Source: Candidatus Methanomethylicia archaeon
Lineage (GTDB): Archaea > Thermoproteota > Methanomethylicia > Culexarchaeales > Culexarchaeaceae
Assembly: GCA_038727515.1 (NCBI GenBank)
Contig: JAVYVS010000001.1
Coordinates: forward strand, 96,001-160,000
Reading direction: 5' to 3'
Length of the DNA stretch: 64,000 nucleotides
Shown in pieces: positions 30,406-40,838 of the stretch. Both the position numbers and the translations under genes were made by a program. Position 1 is the first letter of the stretch, and each line of letters starts with the position of its first letter. The notes under the pieces were generated by a model. It saw only the letters and a program-made list of their open reading frames with translations. It had not been told where the DNA came from and did not search any database.

Positions 30406-31479
30406 TTATTCCACCTTTATAATATTGTATCCAGAAGCTCTCCTAAGTCTATTCATTACAGCTAACCCCAATCCCTTTAATGGTAATCCTTCAGCCAATA
30501 TTAAATTTACATTTTCATCGTCAAATTCCCTTAAAAGTTTAAATAGATTCTTTGCTGCAGATTTTAAATCACTTCTACTACCCATAGATTTAACGATACC
30601 CCTACCATATCTATGCATTGTTTCATCTGTAGCTAATATACCAATTTTCAATCCAAACTTAGAATATTCCTCTGTTAACTCAATAATCTTATCCACAATT
30701 TTATTTAAATCTCCTTCTACAACTATTAATTCAGCTTTTGGAGCATAATGTTTATGTTTCATTCCAGGTGAAAGTGCATATTCAACTTCAATTTTCGCTA
30801 TTACACTTGGATGTATTGATACCTCTCCTAAAACCTCCTTTAATTCTTCATATGTTACTCCACCAGGTCTTAATATTTGTGGTGGTGTTTGTGTTAAATC
30901 TAAGACTGTAGATTCAACTCCTATCCTAGTTGGTCCAGCATCTAATATTACATCGATCTTTCCATAGAAATCTTGTATTACATGTTGAGCTAATGTTGGG
31001 CTTGGTCTACCAGCAATATTTGCACTTGGAGCTGCAATAGGAGTTTCAGAGGAATCTATTAATGCTAAAGCCACTTTATGATTTGGCATCCTTATACCAA
31101 CAGTATCCAATCCACCAGTAGTTACCCTTGGAACTATTTCTGAAGCTTTTAAAACTATGGTTAAAGGTCCAGGCCAGAATCTTTTCATGAGTTCTTCAGC
31201 TTTTTCGGGAACTTCCACTGAAAGTCTATATACATCTGAAATTCTACTTACATGTACTATTGTTGGATTATCTAATGGTCTCATCTTAACCATATACATC
31301 CTCTTTACAGCTTCAGCATTCAGAGCATCTACACCTAAACCATAAACGGTTTCCGTTGGGAAGGCAACTAAACCTCCATTACGAATTACATTAGCAGCTA
31401 TAGTAATCTTATCCATCTCTGGATTTTCAGGATCCACCTTTAAAATCAATGTATTCTTCAATGGTTTTTCATCCATCAA
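30406..31479 (-). CDS. sua5: L-threonylcarbamoyladenylate synthase (long Sua5)
   Basis: FPTETVYGLG, FWPGPLT, APSAN, PGMKHKHYAP. Confidence 0.96.
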   Translation of the reverse strand: MMDEKPLKNTLILKVDPENPEMDKITIAANVIRNGGLVAFPTETVYGLGVDALNAEAVKRMYMVKMRPLDNPTIVHVSRISDVYRLSVEVPEKAEELMKRFWPGPLTIVLKASEIVPRVTTGGLDTVGIRMPNHKVALALIDSSETPIAAPSANIAGRPSPTLAQHVIQDFYGKIDVILDAGPTRIGVESTVLDLTQTPPQILRPGGVTYEELKEVLGEVSIHPSVIAKIEVEYALSPGMKHKHYAPKAELIVVEGDLNKIVDKIIELTEEYSKFGLKIGILATDETMHRYGRGIVKSMGSRSDLKSAAKNLFKLLREFDDENVNLILAEGLPLKGLGLAVMNRLRRASGYNIIKVE

Positions 31480-31563
31480 CTATCTTATTGATTATATTCA
31501 TTTATTTAAATTTGCATTTCCATAAAGAACAATTATATACTAAACCAAATAAATATTTAATAC

Positions 31564-32580
31564 ATGATTAAGAGTGTAGATAGCATCTTCGATTTAATTG
31601 GGAATACTCCACTTTTAAAACTTAGTAAAATCTCTAGGGGTGTTGATGCAAATATATTTGTTAAATGTGAATTTATGAATCCAAGTGGTAGTATTAAGGA
31701 TAGAGCTGCTTTAAGAATGATAAATGATGCTGAAAATCTAGGTAAACTTAAGAGTGGTATGACTATTATTGAAGCAACTAGTGGTAATATGGGTCCAGCC
31801 TTAGCCTTTGTAGGTGGAGTTAAAGGTTATAATGTAAATCTATATATACCTAAGAGTTGGACTGGAACGTATAATCCTGAAAATAGGATTAAATTAATGA
31901 AGATATTTGGAGCTAAAGTTGAAGATGTAGATTTAAATCTGTATAGAAGGTATCTGGAAAATATACCTAGCGATAAATTTTCAGCTGCAGCTTTTGGTTT
32001 ATGTATGAAAATCTGTTATGAATTGGAAATGAAAGATAAATCTCTTTGGTGGGCTAATCAAATGTCTAATTTCAGTAATGTTTATGCCCATAGAGATGGA
32101 ACTGGAATGGAAATAATAAATCAATTAAATGGAGATATCGATGTATTTGTGGCTTCAATTGGTAGTGGTGGAACATTACTAGGTGTAGCTGAAGCATTAA
32201 ATAAATCTTCTATTGATGCTAGTATTATTGGTGTTGAACCAATTGATGCAAAAGTTCTAGAGGATTGGGCTAAAAGTGGATTTCTAAGAAGCTTCTTAGA
32301 GAATTTAAATGTTAAATGTGAGAAATTCATTATTGAAGAAATAGTGGATAAGGCACTTCCAAATGAAGTTATACATGTAAATCATGAAGAAGCTAGAATT
32401 ATGGCAAATCTACTATGTAGAGAAGAAGGGATATTCTGTGGATTATCCTCTGGTGCAAATGTTTATGCAGCATTAAAGATAGCTAAGAAACTTGGTAGAA
32501 AGGTAAATATAGTTACTGTTTGTGTTGATAGAAGAGATAGATATCTACCTGAATATCCAAATGAAACCTACGTTATATAA
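31564..32580 (+). CDS. PLP-dependent cysteine synthase family protein
   Basis: IGNTPL, NPSGSIKDR, ATSGN, GSGGT, GLSSGAN. Confidence 0.88.
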   Translation: MIKSVDSIFDLIGNTPLLKLSKISRGVDANIFVKCEFMNPSGSIKDRAALRMINDAENLGKLKSGMTIIEATSGNMGPALAFVGGVKGYNVNLYIPKSWTGTYNPENRIKLMKIFGAKVEDVDLNLYRRYLENIPSDKFSAAAFGLCMKICYELEMKDKSLWWANQMSNFSNVYAHRDGTGMEIINQLNGDIDVFVASIGSGGTLLGVAEALNKSSIDASIIGVEPIDAKVLEDWAKSGFLRSFLENLNVKCEKFIIEEIVDKALPNEVIHVNHEEARIMANLLCREEGIFCGLSSGANVYAALKIAKKLGRKVNIVTVCVDRRDRYLPEYPNETYVI

Positions 32581-32856
32581 CTATATGGAAATCCCATAAT
32601 GCATCTTTATAAGTATCCATATCAAATAGATTATCCCAATAATTATCAGTATAGGTGATGTAGCAAATATAAAACCATTACTACGATAAACCCAAAGAAT
32701 TATCCATGGAATCCTCTCTATAGATATCGATGGAATAAGTTTAATGAGTAATGGAACTAAAATAAATATTACACCAAGAACAATGAAGAATATACCTAAA
32801 CCTATAAATGCTCTCTCAAAAAACTCCATATAAATCCTCCAAAAACAAATCCACAA
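32581..32856 (-). CDS. Small membrane protein
   Basis: Two or three hydrophobic segments; start likely at MEFF. Confidence 0.7.
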   Translation of the reverse strand: MWICFWRIYMEFFERAFIGLGIFFIVLGVIFILVPLLIKLIPSISIERIPWIILWVYRSNGFIFATSPILIIIGIIYLIWILIKMHYGISI

Positions 32857-32913
32857 AATATTTCATAAATATAACGGTTAAATTAATTTAATCACCCTAA
32901 ACATCCAACATAA

Positions 32914-33690
32914 TTAAAACATTGATTTTAGAAACTTTAATAATCCAATATCCTTTAAGTTATCATTAATCAATCTATACACATTCAACGTTCTATTCAT
33001 TAATTCACTAGGCCCCTCCTTAAGTGATAATGGATATATAGATGAAAACAGTATCGTATAAGTTAATTCTATTTTTGTAAGTTTCCTACCATAACCTTCA
33101 TGAAATGCTTTAATTGCAGTCATACATCTATCCCTTTCAAGCCCTAAAATACTCGTAACATAAGTTACTATATCACTTATCCTCCTAAATTCTGTAGCCT
33201 TCGTAAAGAATTCTAAATCCAACCTATATATCTCCCCACCCCTCAAAATGTAATTTTCAATCCTACAATCTACATATGCAAAACCATGATCATGCAATTC
33301 CCTCAATTTAAAACCAAGCTCCCTCGAAAACCTATATACATCATTTAAATCAGCCTCCCTATAAAAATCCAATAAACATATTCCATCTATAAACTCCATG
33401 ACTATCTTCTTATCATCATATTGAAATACCTCAGGAGTTTTAACATTAAATTCCCTCAAGATCCTTCTACCATTCAACTCATTCTCTATCCTCTCCTTTA
33501 TAGAAGGAAAATAATAATCTTCAAATCTAAATATAGACAAACGTAATAATGAATCTATAAAACATGCAATATTATACAATGTAAATATTAACGCAGGCTT
33601 CAAAACATCAAACTCTTTAACTAAAACCCTCCTACCACCCTCATCCAAAACCCTAATCCTATTAGTCCTCCACTCAAAACCTTCAAACAC
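32914..33690 (-). CDS. Protein kinase-like fold protein (Bud32/Kdo/RIO-like)
   Basis: VLVK, NE, TPEV, MEFIDG, LH..GFAYVD.RIEN, LDLE. Confidence 0.75.
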   Translation of the reverse strand: MFEGFEWRTNRIRVLDEGGRRVLVKEFDVLKPALIFTLYNIACFIDSLLRLSIFRFEDYYFPSIKERIENELNGRRILREFNVKTPEVFQYDDKKIVMEFIDGICLLDFYREADLNDVYRFSRELGFKLRELHDHGFAYVDCRIENYILRGGEIYRLDLEFFTKATEFRRISDIVTYVTSILGLERDRCMTAIKAFHEGYGRKLTKIELTYTILFSSIYPLSLKEGPSELMNRTLNVYRLINDNLKDIGLLKFLKSMF

Positions 33691-33767
33691 AATTTAATCT
33701 AAAATACACAACCCTAAAATATTTTCCATCAAAAACAACACTCCACCATGAATTAAAAAACAAATAT

Positions 33768-35580
33768 CATTCAATTCCCTTTATTGGGTTCGCATTTGAG
33801 TATTGGGGAAAACTATCTTAACACTAATAACTTTCAATTCCCTTTGTTGGGTTCTGTTGTGCTATCACCTCTTAAGCCAGCTAATATTATTGGTCTTTCA
33901 ATTCCCTTTGTTGGGTTCGGGAGTATGAGGATTTTGGAGTCTTGTAGTGTTGTTACTTTCAATTCCCTTTGTTGGGTTCCCAGAACCCTTATAGAGGTTA
34001 TGTATAACCACCTGTCTTTCAATTCCCTTTGTTGGGTTCGTTTTGAAATTATAGATGTTGATTGGAAAGATTACGTTATCTTTCAATTCCCTTTGTTGGG
34101 TTCAAACTTATGTCTGTTGATGCTAATGTTTCATCAAAACTTAACTTTCAATTCCCTTTGTTGGGTTCACATGAAATACAACTCTTTCACGGTCTAACGC
34201 TTTCTTAAACTTTCAATTCCCTTTGTTGGGTTCTCGAGGAACCTCTTCTCCCATTGAGCCTGCATCTCCTTTAGAATCTTTCAATTCCCTTTGTTGGGTT
34301 CATGCCTGTGAAGCCCGATATGACCCTGACATTTCCACCACTCCTTTCAATTCCCTTTGTTGGGTTCACAACTGAGCGTAAAGATTATAATTACTGTTTA
34401 AACGTATACTTTCAATTCCCTTTGTTGGGTTCTGGTTTAATACGTGGACTGTTGAAGCAGGTTGGCAAAACTTTCAATTCCCTTTGTTGGGTTCATCTTA
34501 ACATGGGTTGACCCGACGTTTGACTATGGATGGCTTTCAATTCCCTTTGTTGGGTTCATGCCGAGGACAAAGTACTTCGGTCGCTGGTGCGGGGATACTT
34601 TCAATTCCCTTTGTTGGGTTCGGATTACAAGCATAAGCCTATTAGGGTTATTCTCTAAGATTCTTTCAATTCCCTTTGTTGGGTTCGTTGAAATGAGGTT
34701 AACAAGCTACCTATTCATAGGTTCAGCTTTCAATTCCCTTTGTTGGGTTCAGCATTATGGCCTGAGATAATGCGTAAGATAAGTGTTTCCTTTCAATTCC
34801 CTTTGTTGGGTTCAGGGAGAACAACTGGATACATAAGACTGAGAGGACTGGCTTTCAATTCCCTTTGTTGGGTTCTTGCAATATGATGGTGATGAGCATG
34901 AGGAGAGCGGTTGCTTTCAATTCCCTTTGTTGGGTTCTTTAGAGTTATATCTTCAAATGCATAGTCATTATTTAATATCTTTCAATTCCCTTTGTTGGGT
35001 TCAACCGAAAAATTTAAATACTCTCAAAACATAAAATATATCTTTCAATTCCCTTTGTTGGGTTCTAACCATGCATCCCTAAATGCCTCCCAGTAATCAA
35101 TATAGCCTTTCAATTCCCTTTGTTGGGTTCGCATTCCCTATAGCTTGGGTATGGATGCTTCCTAACATACATCTTTCAATTCCCTTTGTTGGGTTCCACT
35201 TCATATCACCCCTAACCTTGCAACACGCATATGATACCTTTCAATTCCCTTTGTTGGGTTCAAGGAAAAGAACACGCAAAAGTATCTTTTGAAGTTTCTT
35301 CTTTCAATTCCCTTTGTTGGGTTCGAAGAAGGTTTTATGCCCGGTCTGCCTTGAGGAGTTTGACTTTCAATTCCCTTTGTTGGGTTCACAACTCAACGAA
35401 TGGAGGTGTAATTGAAACTTTAACTTCTTTCAATTCCCTTTGTTGGGTTCGGTATAACTTATTCGTTAAGTACGGTAGGTTAAGCAAGATCTTTCAATTC
35501 CCTTTGTTGGGTTCATACATCCCACAAATACTTGTTGCCTTTCACAAAATTGCTTACTTTCAATTCCCTTTGTTGGGTTC
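33768..35580 (-). CRISPR. CRISPR array 2, about 29 repeats/28 spacers, same repeat as array 1
   Basis: Same 24-nt repeat; degenerate trailer copy at 33768. Confidence 0.99.
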
Positions 35581-35785
35581 CGATATTATTATTTCTTTTT
35601 TTGGTTTAAAAAGGTTTTTCTGATGATTAATTGTAATACGATCATGACACAAACAAAACTTGCATTAAATTGATGATCAAATACACCAATCAATGATATA
35701 GTTCACTGTATAGTTATGCGTAAAATATTCGACAAAAGACGTAAAGTAATTCGACAATCCATAGTTTACCACAAGGTAAACTATA
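35581..35785 (-). promoter_or_regulatory. CRISPR leader 2
   Basis: Near-identical to 5645-5850. Confidence 0.92.
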
Positions 35786-35837
35786 TTTGTGTTTTTGTTG
35801 ATTTCTTTCATTAGTTTTAAATTTTCTTTTTATAGAT

Positions 35838-37028
35838 TTGTTTTGGTGGTATAAGTTGTTGGCTATTAGGGATGCAACTATTTTAACTATAACAAAGGGT
35901 GTTATTAAGAGGGGTACTATATTGATTGAGAATGGTAAGATTGTGGATGTTGGTGTTGATTTAAAGATTCCTGAGTGTGCTGAGGTTATTGATGCTAGGG
36001 ATAAGGTTGTTATGCCAGGTTTAATTGATGCTCATTGCCATATTGGTATATCTGAGGAAACTGTTGGATGGTTTGGTGAAGATACCAATGAAATGACTGA
36101 TCCTGTTACACCTCATTTAAGAGCTATTGATGCTATTAAAGCTAATGCTGATGAGAAGGGTTTGAGTGCGGCTTTAGAAACTGGTATAACCACGGTTCAA
36201 ATTCTACCTGGGAGTGCTAATGTTATTGGTGGTATGGGTGTTATTATTAAGACTGCTCCTAAAGTGGTTGTGGATGAAATGATTTTGAAGGAGCCTTCTG
36301 GTATGAAGATTGCTTTTGGTGAGAATCCTAGGAGGGTTTATGGTGTTGAACTTAAACGTACTCCAGCTACACGTATGGGTATTGCTGGATTATTGAGGGA
36401 GTGGCTTCAGAAGACTAAGAATTATATGAGGAAGAAGGAGCTTGCAAAAGATGATCCATCTAAAATGCCTGAAATTGATTTAAAGCTTGAAGCTTTAGAA
36501 AAGGTTTTGAGGGGTGAAATACCATTTAGAGCTCATGCTCATAGAGCTGATGATATTGCTACAGCCATTAGAATTGCAGAAGAATTTGGAGTTAAAATTT
36601 CATGGGAGCATGCTACTGAAGGTCATAGGATTGCCAGTTGGATTGCTAAGAAAGGTATACCTGCAGTTTGGGGTCCAAGTTTATTGGCTAGGGGGAAGTG
36701 GGAGATGAGGGAATTAAACTTTGAAACACCAAGAATACTATATGAAGCTGGAGTTAAATTTGCTATTCAAACAGATGCCTTAGGACAAACAATATCATTT
36801 CTACCAATATGTGCTATGATGGCTGCTAAACATGGTTTACCATATGATGAAGCTTTGAAAGCTATAACTATAAATCCCGCTGAAATACTTGGTGTTGCTG
36901 ATAGAATTGGAAGTATTGAGAAGGGTAAAGATGCTGATTTAAGGATTCTCAATGGAGATCCTTTAAACATTATGACTAAGGTGGAAATGGTTATAATTGA
37001 TGGGAAAATCGTTTATACAGCTAAATAA
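35838..37028 (+). CDS. Amidohydrolase family protein
   Basis: PGLIDAHCH, KIAFGENP, HAHRADD, EH, TD, GKDAD. Confidence 0.9.
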   Translation: MFWWYKLLAIRDATILTITKGVIKRGTILIENGKIVDVGVDLKIPECAEVIDARDKVVMPGLIDAHCHIGISEETVGWFGEDTNEMTDPVTPHLRAIDAIKANADEKGLSAALETGITTVQILPGSANVIGGMGVIIKTAPKVVVDEMILKEPSGMKIAFGENPRRVYGVELKRTPATRMGIAGLLREWLQKTKNYMRKKELAKDDPSKMPEIDLKLEALEKVLRGEIPFRAHAHRADDIATAIRIAEEFGVKISWEHATEGHRIASWIAKKGIPAVWGPSLLARGKWEMRELNFETPRILYEAGVKFAIQTDALGQTISFLPICAMMAAKHGLPYDEALKAITINPAEILGVADRIGSIEKGKDADLRILNGDPLNIMTKVEMVIIDGKIVYTAK

Positions 37029-37097
37029 TCAATTTTCATCTATAATTTTTTGTTGGGGGTAAAATTTAAATTATAAGTATTTGAATTTTTAATTGAA

Positions 37098-38864
37098 ATG
37101 CTCCATAAAATTGTCAAATATAGAATTATAATTTTTCTAGTGTTGTTTACCGTACTTGCTCCATTTATATTTCTGAATTCTTCATTTTCGCAAACTACAG
37201 CTAAGGTTTATGAGATTCCATCGATTATTGTGGTTATGGAAGCTTCTAATGATGGTTCAATTATTGTTAATGAAGTTATAACGATAAATTATGTTTCTGG
37301 AGCCTTCACCTATTTCCAGAGGTATATTCCATTGTATGGATTGGATTACATTGAGGTTTTATCTGTTTCTGCTGATGGAGCAAATATTGTTGGTGTTAAA
37401 GTTTCATATTCTTACTATATGGTTTATATAACTATTAATTATGATGTCATTTATGCTCCTCATAAAGTAGTGTTTAACATTGTCTATAAGGTTTATGGTG
37501 GAATTATTTCTCATGGTGCTTCTCAAAATTTAATTGATTGGAATGCTATTGGAAGTGATTGGGAAGTTTCAATAGGTTCTGTTAATGTTCTTGTTCGTCT
37601 TCCAGGGAATTTTGTTGGAAGTAGCTTATTGAGTGTAAGTCCAAATCCCATTAAAACATATTATTCTGATGGGTATACTAATATCGCCTTTACATATTCA
37701 AGTCTTCCACCATATACTGGTTATAGGATTGTTGTAGTATTTCCAAAGATTTATGAGCCAAATCCAGATTACCTATATGTCTTTAAGAATTATCATGGTG
37801 AAACCATTATTTCAATTATTGCTTTATCAACTATAGTAACACTTATTGTATGGTTTATTAGGGGTAGAATGCCTAGGGTTGATGTTGATGAAGGGTTAAT
37901 ATCCCTTGGAGTTTTACCATCAAATCTATCTCCACTTGAAGTATCATATTTATTGAATGGACGTTTAAGTTTTGAGCATGTTATAAGTGAAGTTGTGGAT
38001 TTAGCTAGGAGGGGGTTCTTGAATATTGAGTATGATGATAAGGGTAAAATCATTAATTTCAAACCTTCAGATAGGATTGATTATACTTCAAGGGATGTAA
38101 AGTATGGTTTAAAGAATTTTGAAATGGAAGTTTTACGTTTAGCTTTAAATTCTGAGAATATCTTTGATTTCTCAAGGAATTTTGAAATTCATAGATCTAA
38201 AATTGAAGAAGAAGTTTGTGATGAATTAATTAAAATGGGATACTTTAAGAGTAATATACCTCGTAGACGCTATAATTTGATTAAAATATTCACTGTTACC
38301 ATAGTAATTTTAATGATAGCTACATTATACATTTACAATTTCATTCCAAGCAATAGATTTCTATTCAATGTATATAGGGCTTTACTACCATTATTTGCTG
38401 GTTTTGGTATTAGCCTTATACCTGTGGGTGTAATAATGATAAGTTTATTTAAGAATTATACTTATGAAGGTGCAAAAGCTTATTGGCATTGGAAGAAGTA
38501 TCTTGATCGTTTAACATCAATTAGAGGGGAGGATTTAAAGGAGTATGTAGGTAAAGTTGAAACTCCAACTCTATTTGAAATTAGCTTCCCATACATACTA
38601 TTATATAGACCATTACTGCTTCGTTCATGGGTTATGCCTTGGATTCCACTTATGCCGAGATACTATTATCCAAGATGGTTCTATACCACTGGAGGTCCAA
38701 GTGTACAACTTGATTTCTCAGCATTTACCAATGCCATAATTTCATCCATTGAATATGCCCTTAGACCTCCACAAATAGGTAGAGCTATTCCTGGCGGAGG
38801 AATTTTTGGAGGAGGATTTGGTGGTAGAGGAGGATTTGGTGGTGGCGGTGGAAGAGTTGGTTAA
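37098..38864 (+). CDS. DUF2207 membrane protein
   Basis: DGSIIVNE, WNAIG, TM segments, Gly-rich C-terminus. Confidence 0.8.
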   Translation: MLHKIVKYRIIIFLVLFTVLAPFIFLNSSFSQTTAKVYEIPSIIVVMEASNDGSIIVNEVITINYVSGAFTYFQRYIPLYGLDYIEVLSVSADGANIVGVKVSYSYYMVYITINYDVIYAPHKVVFNIVYKVYGGIISHGASQNLIDWNAIGSDWEVSIGSVNVLVRLPGNFVGSSLLSVSPNPIKTYYSDGYTNIAFTYSSLPPYTGYRIVVVFPKIYEPNPDYLYVFKNYHGETIISIIALSTIVTLIVWFIRGRMPRVDVDEGLISLGVLPSNLSPLEVSYLLNGRLSFEHVISEVVDLARRGFLNIEYDDKGKIINFKPSDRIDYTSRDVKYGLKNFEMEVLRLALNSENIFDFSRNFEIHRSKIEEEVCDELIKMGYFKSNIPRRRYNLIKIFTVTIVILMIATLYIYNFIPSNRFLFNVYRALLPLFAGFGISLIPVGVIMISLFKNYTYEGAKAYWHWKKYLDRLTSIRGEDLKEYVGKVETPTLFEISFPYILLYRPLLLRSWVMPWIPLMPRYYYPRWFYTTGGPSVQLDFSAFTNAIISSIEYALRPPQIGRAIPGGGIFGGGFGGRGGFGGGGGRVG

Positions 38865-38867
38865 ACC

Positions 38868-39233
38868 CTAAAAATAATACCACCTTTTCTTTTTCCATAT
38901 GAATATTGGTAGGAATGGAAGGAATATTGGAAACCATAATAGTAATGGTGAAATCCAAAATCCATTTCCAAATCCTATGCTAAATGTAAATCCACATTTC
39001 TCACATCTTAAAGTTCGATAACCCACTGGTTTTAAATCTTTTGAACTACATTTTGGGCATATGAGTTCCTTAGAAATTTCATTAATGGTTTTAGGTGGAT
39101 AATATAATTTAACCTTCATTAACCCTTTAGTAAACATGTAGAATGTCAATATGAATAGTGATGCAAATATTATTGTGAAAGCTATAATTATTATTAGGAT
39201 AATGGTTTCTATCGGCCAATATATGATCGTCAT
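38868..39233 (-). CDS. Small membrane protein with Zn ribbon
   Basis: TM + CPKC...CEKC + hydrophobic tail. Confidence 0.7.
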   Translation of the reverse strand: MTIIYWPIETIILIIIIAFTIIFASLFILTFYMFTKGLMKVKLYYPPKTINEISKELICPKCSSKDLKPVGYRTLRCEKCGFTFSIGFGNGFWISPLLLWFPIFLPFLPIFIWKKKRWYYF

Positions 39234-39258
39234 ACCTAAATCATTAAAATTTGATTTT

Positions 39259-40725
39259 TTATATTAGGTTTTCTCTAGCATACTTTAATATTAATGGGTT
39301 TGATTTAATGTAATCTTCACATCCCATTTCCATAAGTTTTTCTGAAGCTTTTTGTGCTTCATCAATTATCTTTTCTTCATCCATTTTCACGTATCTACCC
39401 TTCTCCACAAGTATTTCTCCATCTACAATTACATATTCAACTTCACTTCCATTAGCACTATAAACTAAGTTGAAGGCTATATTTCTAATTGGTTTATATA
39501 TTATGGGTGTTAAATTCGGCTTCTTTAAATTTACAATGATTATATCAGCCCTCTTACCCTCTTCCAGTGATCCTACAATATCATCAAATCCTAAGCATCT
39601 AGCTCCTTCAATTGTTGCTAATCTAAGTATTTTCCAAGCTGGTAATACAGTTGGATCTCTATGTCTAACTTTATTTAGTATTGCAGCCATCTTCATTTCA
39701 ATAAACATATTAACCGAATTATTACCATTGGCTTGATCAGTACCTATACCTACACTTCTCCCACCTAATTCTAGATAGAGATTTAATGGAGATATTAAAC
39801 CATCAATTAATGCTATTGAAGTTGGACAACTAACCATTCTCACACCTCTATCAACCATAATCTTTAATTCTTCATTACTTGCACCATGACAATGAACACC
39901 AATAACCCTATCACATAAAAACCCTATATTATCAAGATATCTAACTGTGGTTGTATTGTATCTCAATTTTATCTGTATAGCTTCTCTACCACCTTGAGCC
40001 ATATGGAAATGCATTAACAAATCATATTTCTCAGCTAATTCTTTAACTCTTAATAGAGTTTCTGTAGTCAACATATCTGCTGCCACAGGACCTAAACAAC
40101 ATCTAATCCTACCATTACCCCAATTATGCCATTTCTTAACAAGTTCTAATGCTTCTCTAATCCTTTTCTCACAAAGTTCTTTATCCACCTCGTATGGTTC
40201 ATATGGATTTTGACCAATAAGAGGTTTAACTTCACTTATAGGGGTACAAGTGAATGCTCTAGAACCCATTTTAGAATGAACTTCACTATTAATTTCCATC
40301 ATATAGGGGCCATAATCAGCAAATAATGTAGTTCCAGTCTTCAAACCCTCTAAAACTGTGAGTTTAGCTGATTTAATAGCTAAATCAGAAGTTAAATGTT
40401 TTGTGAAGGGTGAAACAGTTTTAATCATCCACTCAATTTCAGGGACATCTTGACATTCACCTCTAGCTATAGTCATATAACTATGAACATGTGCATTAAC
40501 AAGTCCAGGCATAATCACCATACCATGAGCATCAACCCTCTCTTCAGCACCACCAATTTTAGATTCAACATCAAAAGTTTTACCTACAGCAATAATCTTA
40601 CCATCTTCAATAGCTACAGCACCATCCTCAATAAAACCAATACCATTACCCTTCATAGTTAATAGAAATCCATTACGGATAATTAAATCCACCATAATAA
40701 TCCCCAAAATAATTATATTAGACAA
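39259..40725 (-). CDS. MtaD/SAH-deaminase-like amidohydrolase
   Basis: PGLVNAHVH, HFHMAQ, GVH, GTD, GSLEEGKRAD. Confidence 0.85.
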   Translation of the reverse strand: MSNIIILGIIMVDLIIRNGFLLTMKGNGIGFIEDGAVAIEDGKIIAVGKTFDVESKIGGAEERVDAHGMVIMPGLVNAHVHSYMTIARGECQDVPEIEWMIKTVSPFTKHLTSDLAIKSAKLTVLEGLKTGTTLFADYGPYMMEINSEVHSKMGSRAFTCTPISEVKPLIGQNPYEPYEVDKELCEKRIREALELVKKWHNWGNGRIRCCLGPVAADMLTTETLLRVKELAEKYDLLMHFHMAQGGREAIQIKLRYNTTTVRYLDNIGFLCDRVIGVHCHGASNEELKIMVDRGVRMVSCPTSIALIDGLISPLNLYLELGGRSVGIGTDQANGNNSVNMFIEMKMAAILNKVRHRDPTVLPAWKILRLATIEGARCLGFDDIVGSLEEGKRADIIIVNLKKPNLTPIIYKPIRNIAFNLVYSANGSEVEYVIVDGEILVEKGRYVKMDEEKIIDEAQKASEKLMEMGCEDYIKSNPLILKYARENLI

Positions 40726-40838
40726 AATTTAAAGAAGTGGGTTTAGCATTTCATTTGATTTTTATAGGGGTTTCCCTGCTGGAATTTGAAGATTTAAAAT
40801 GAAGATTTCTTTATATAGTTAGATTTTGAGATTTTAAT

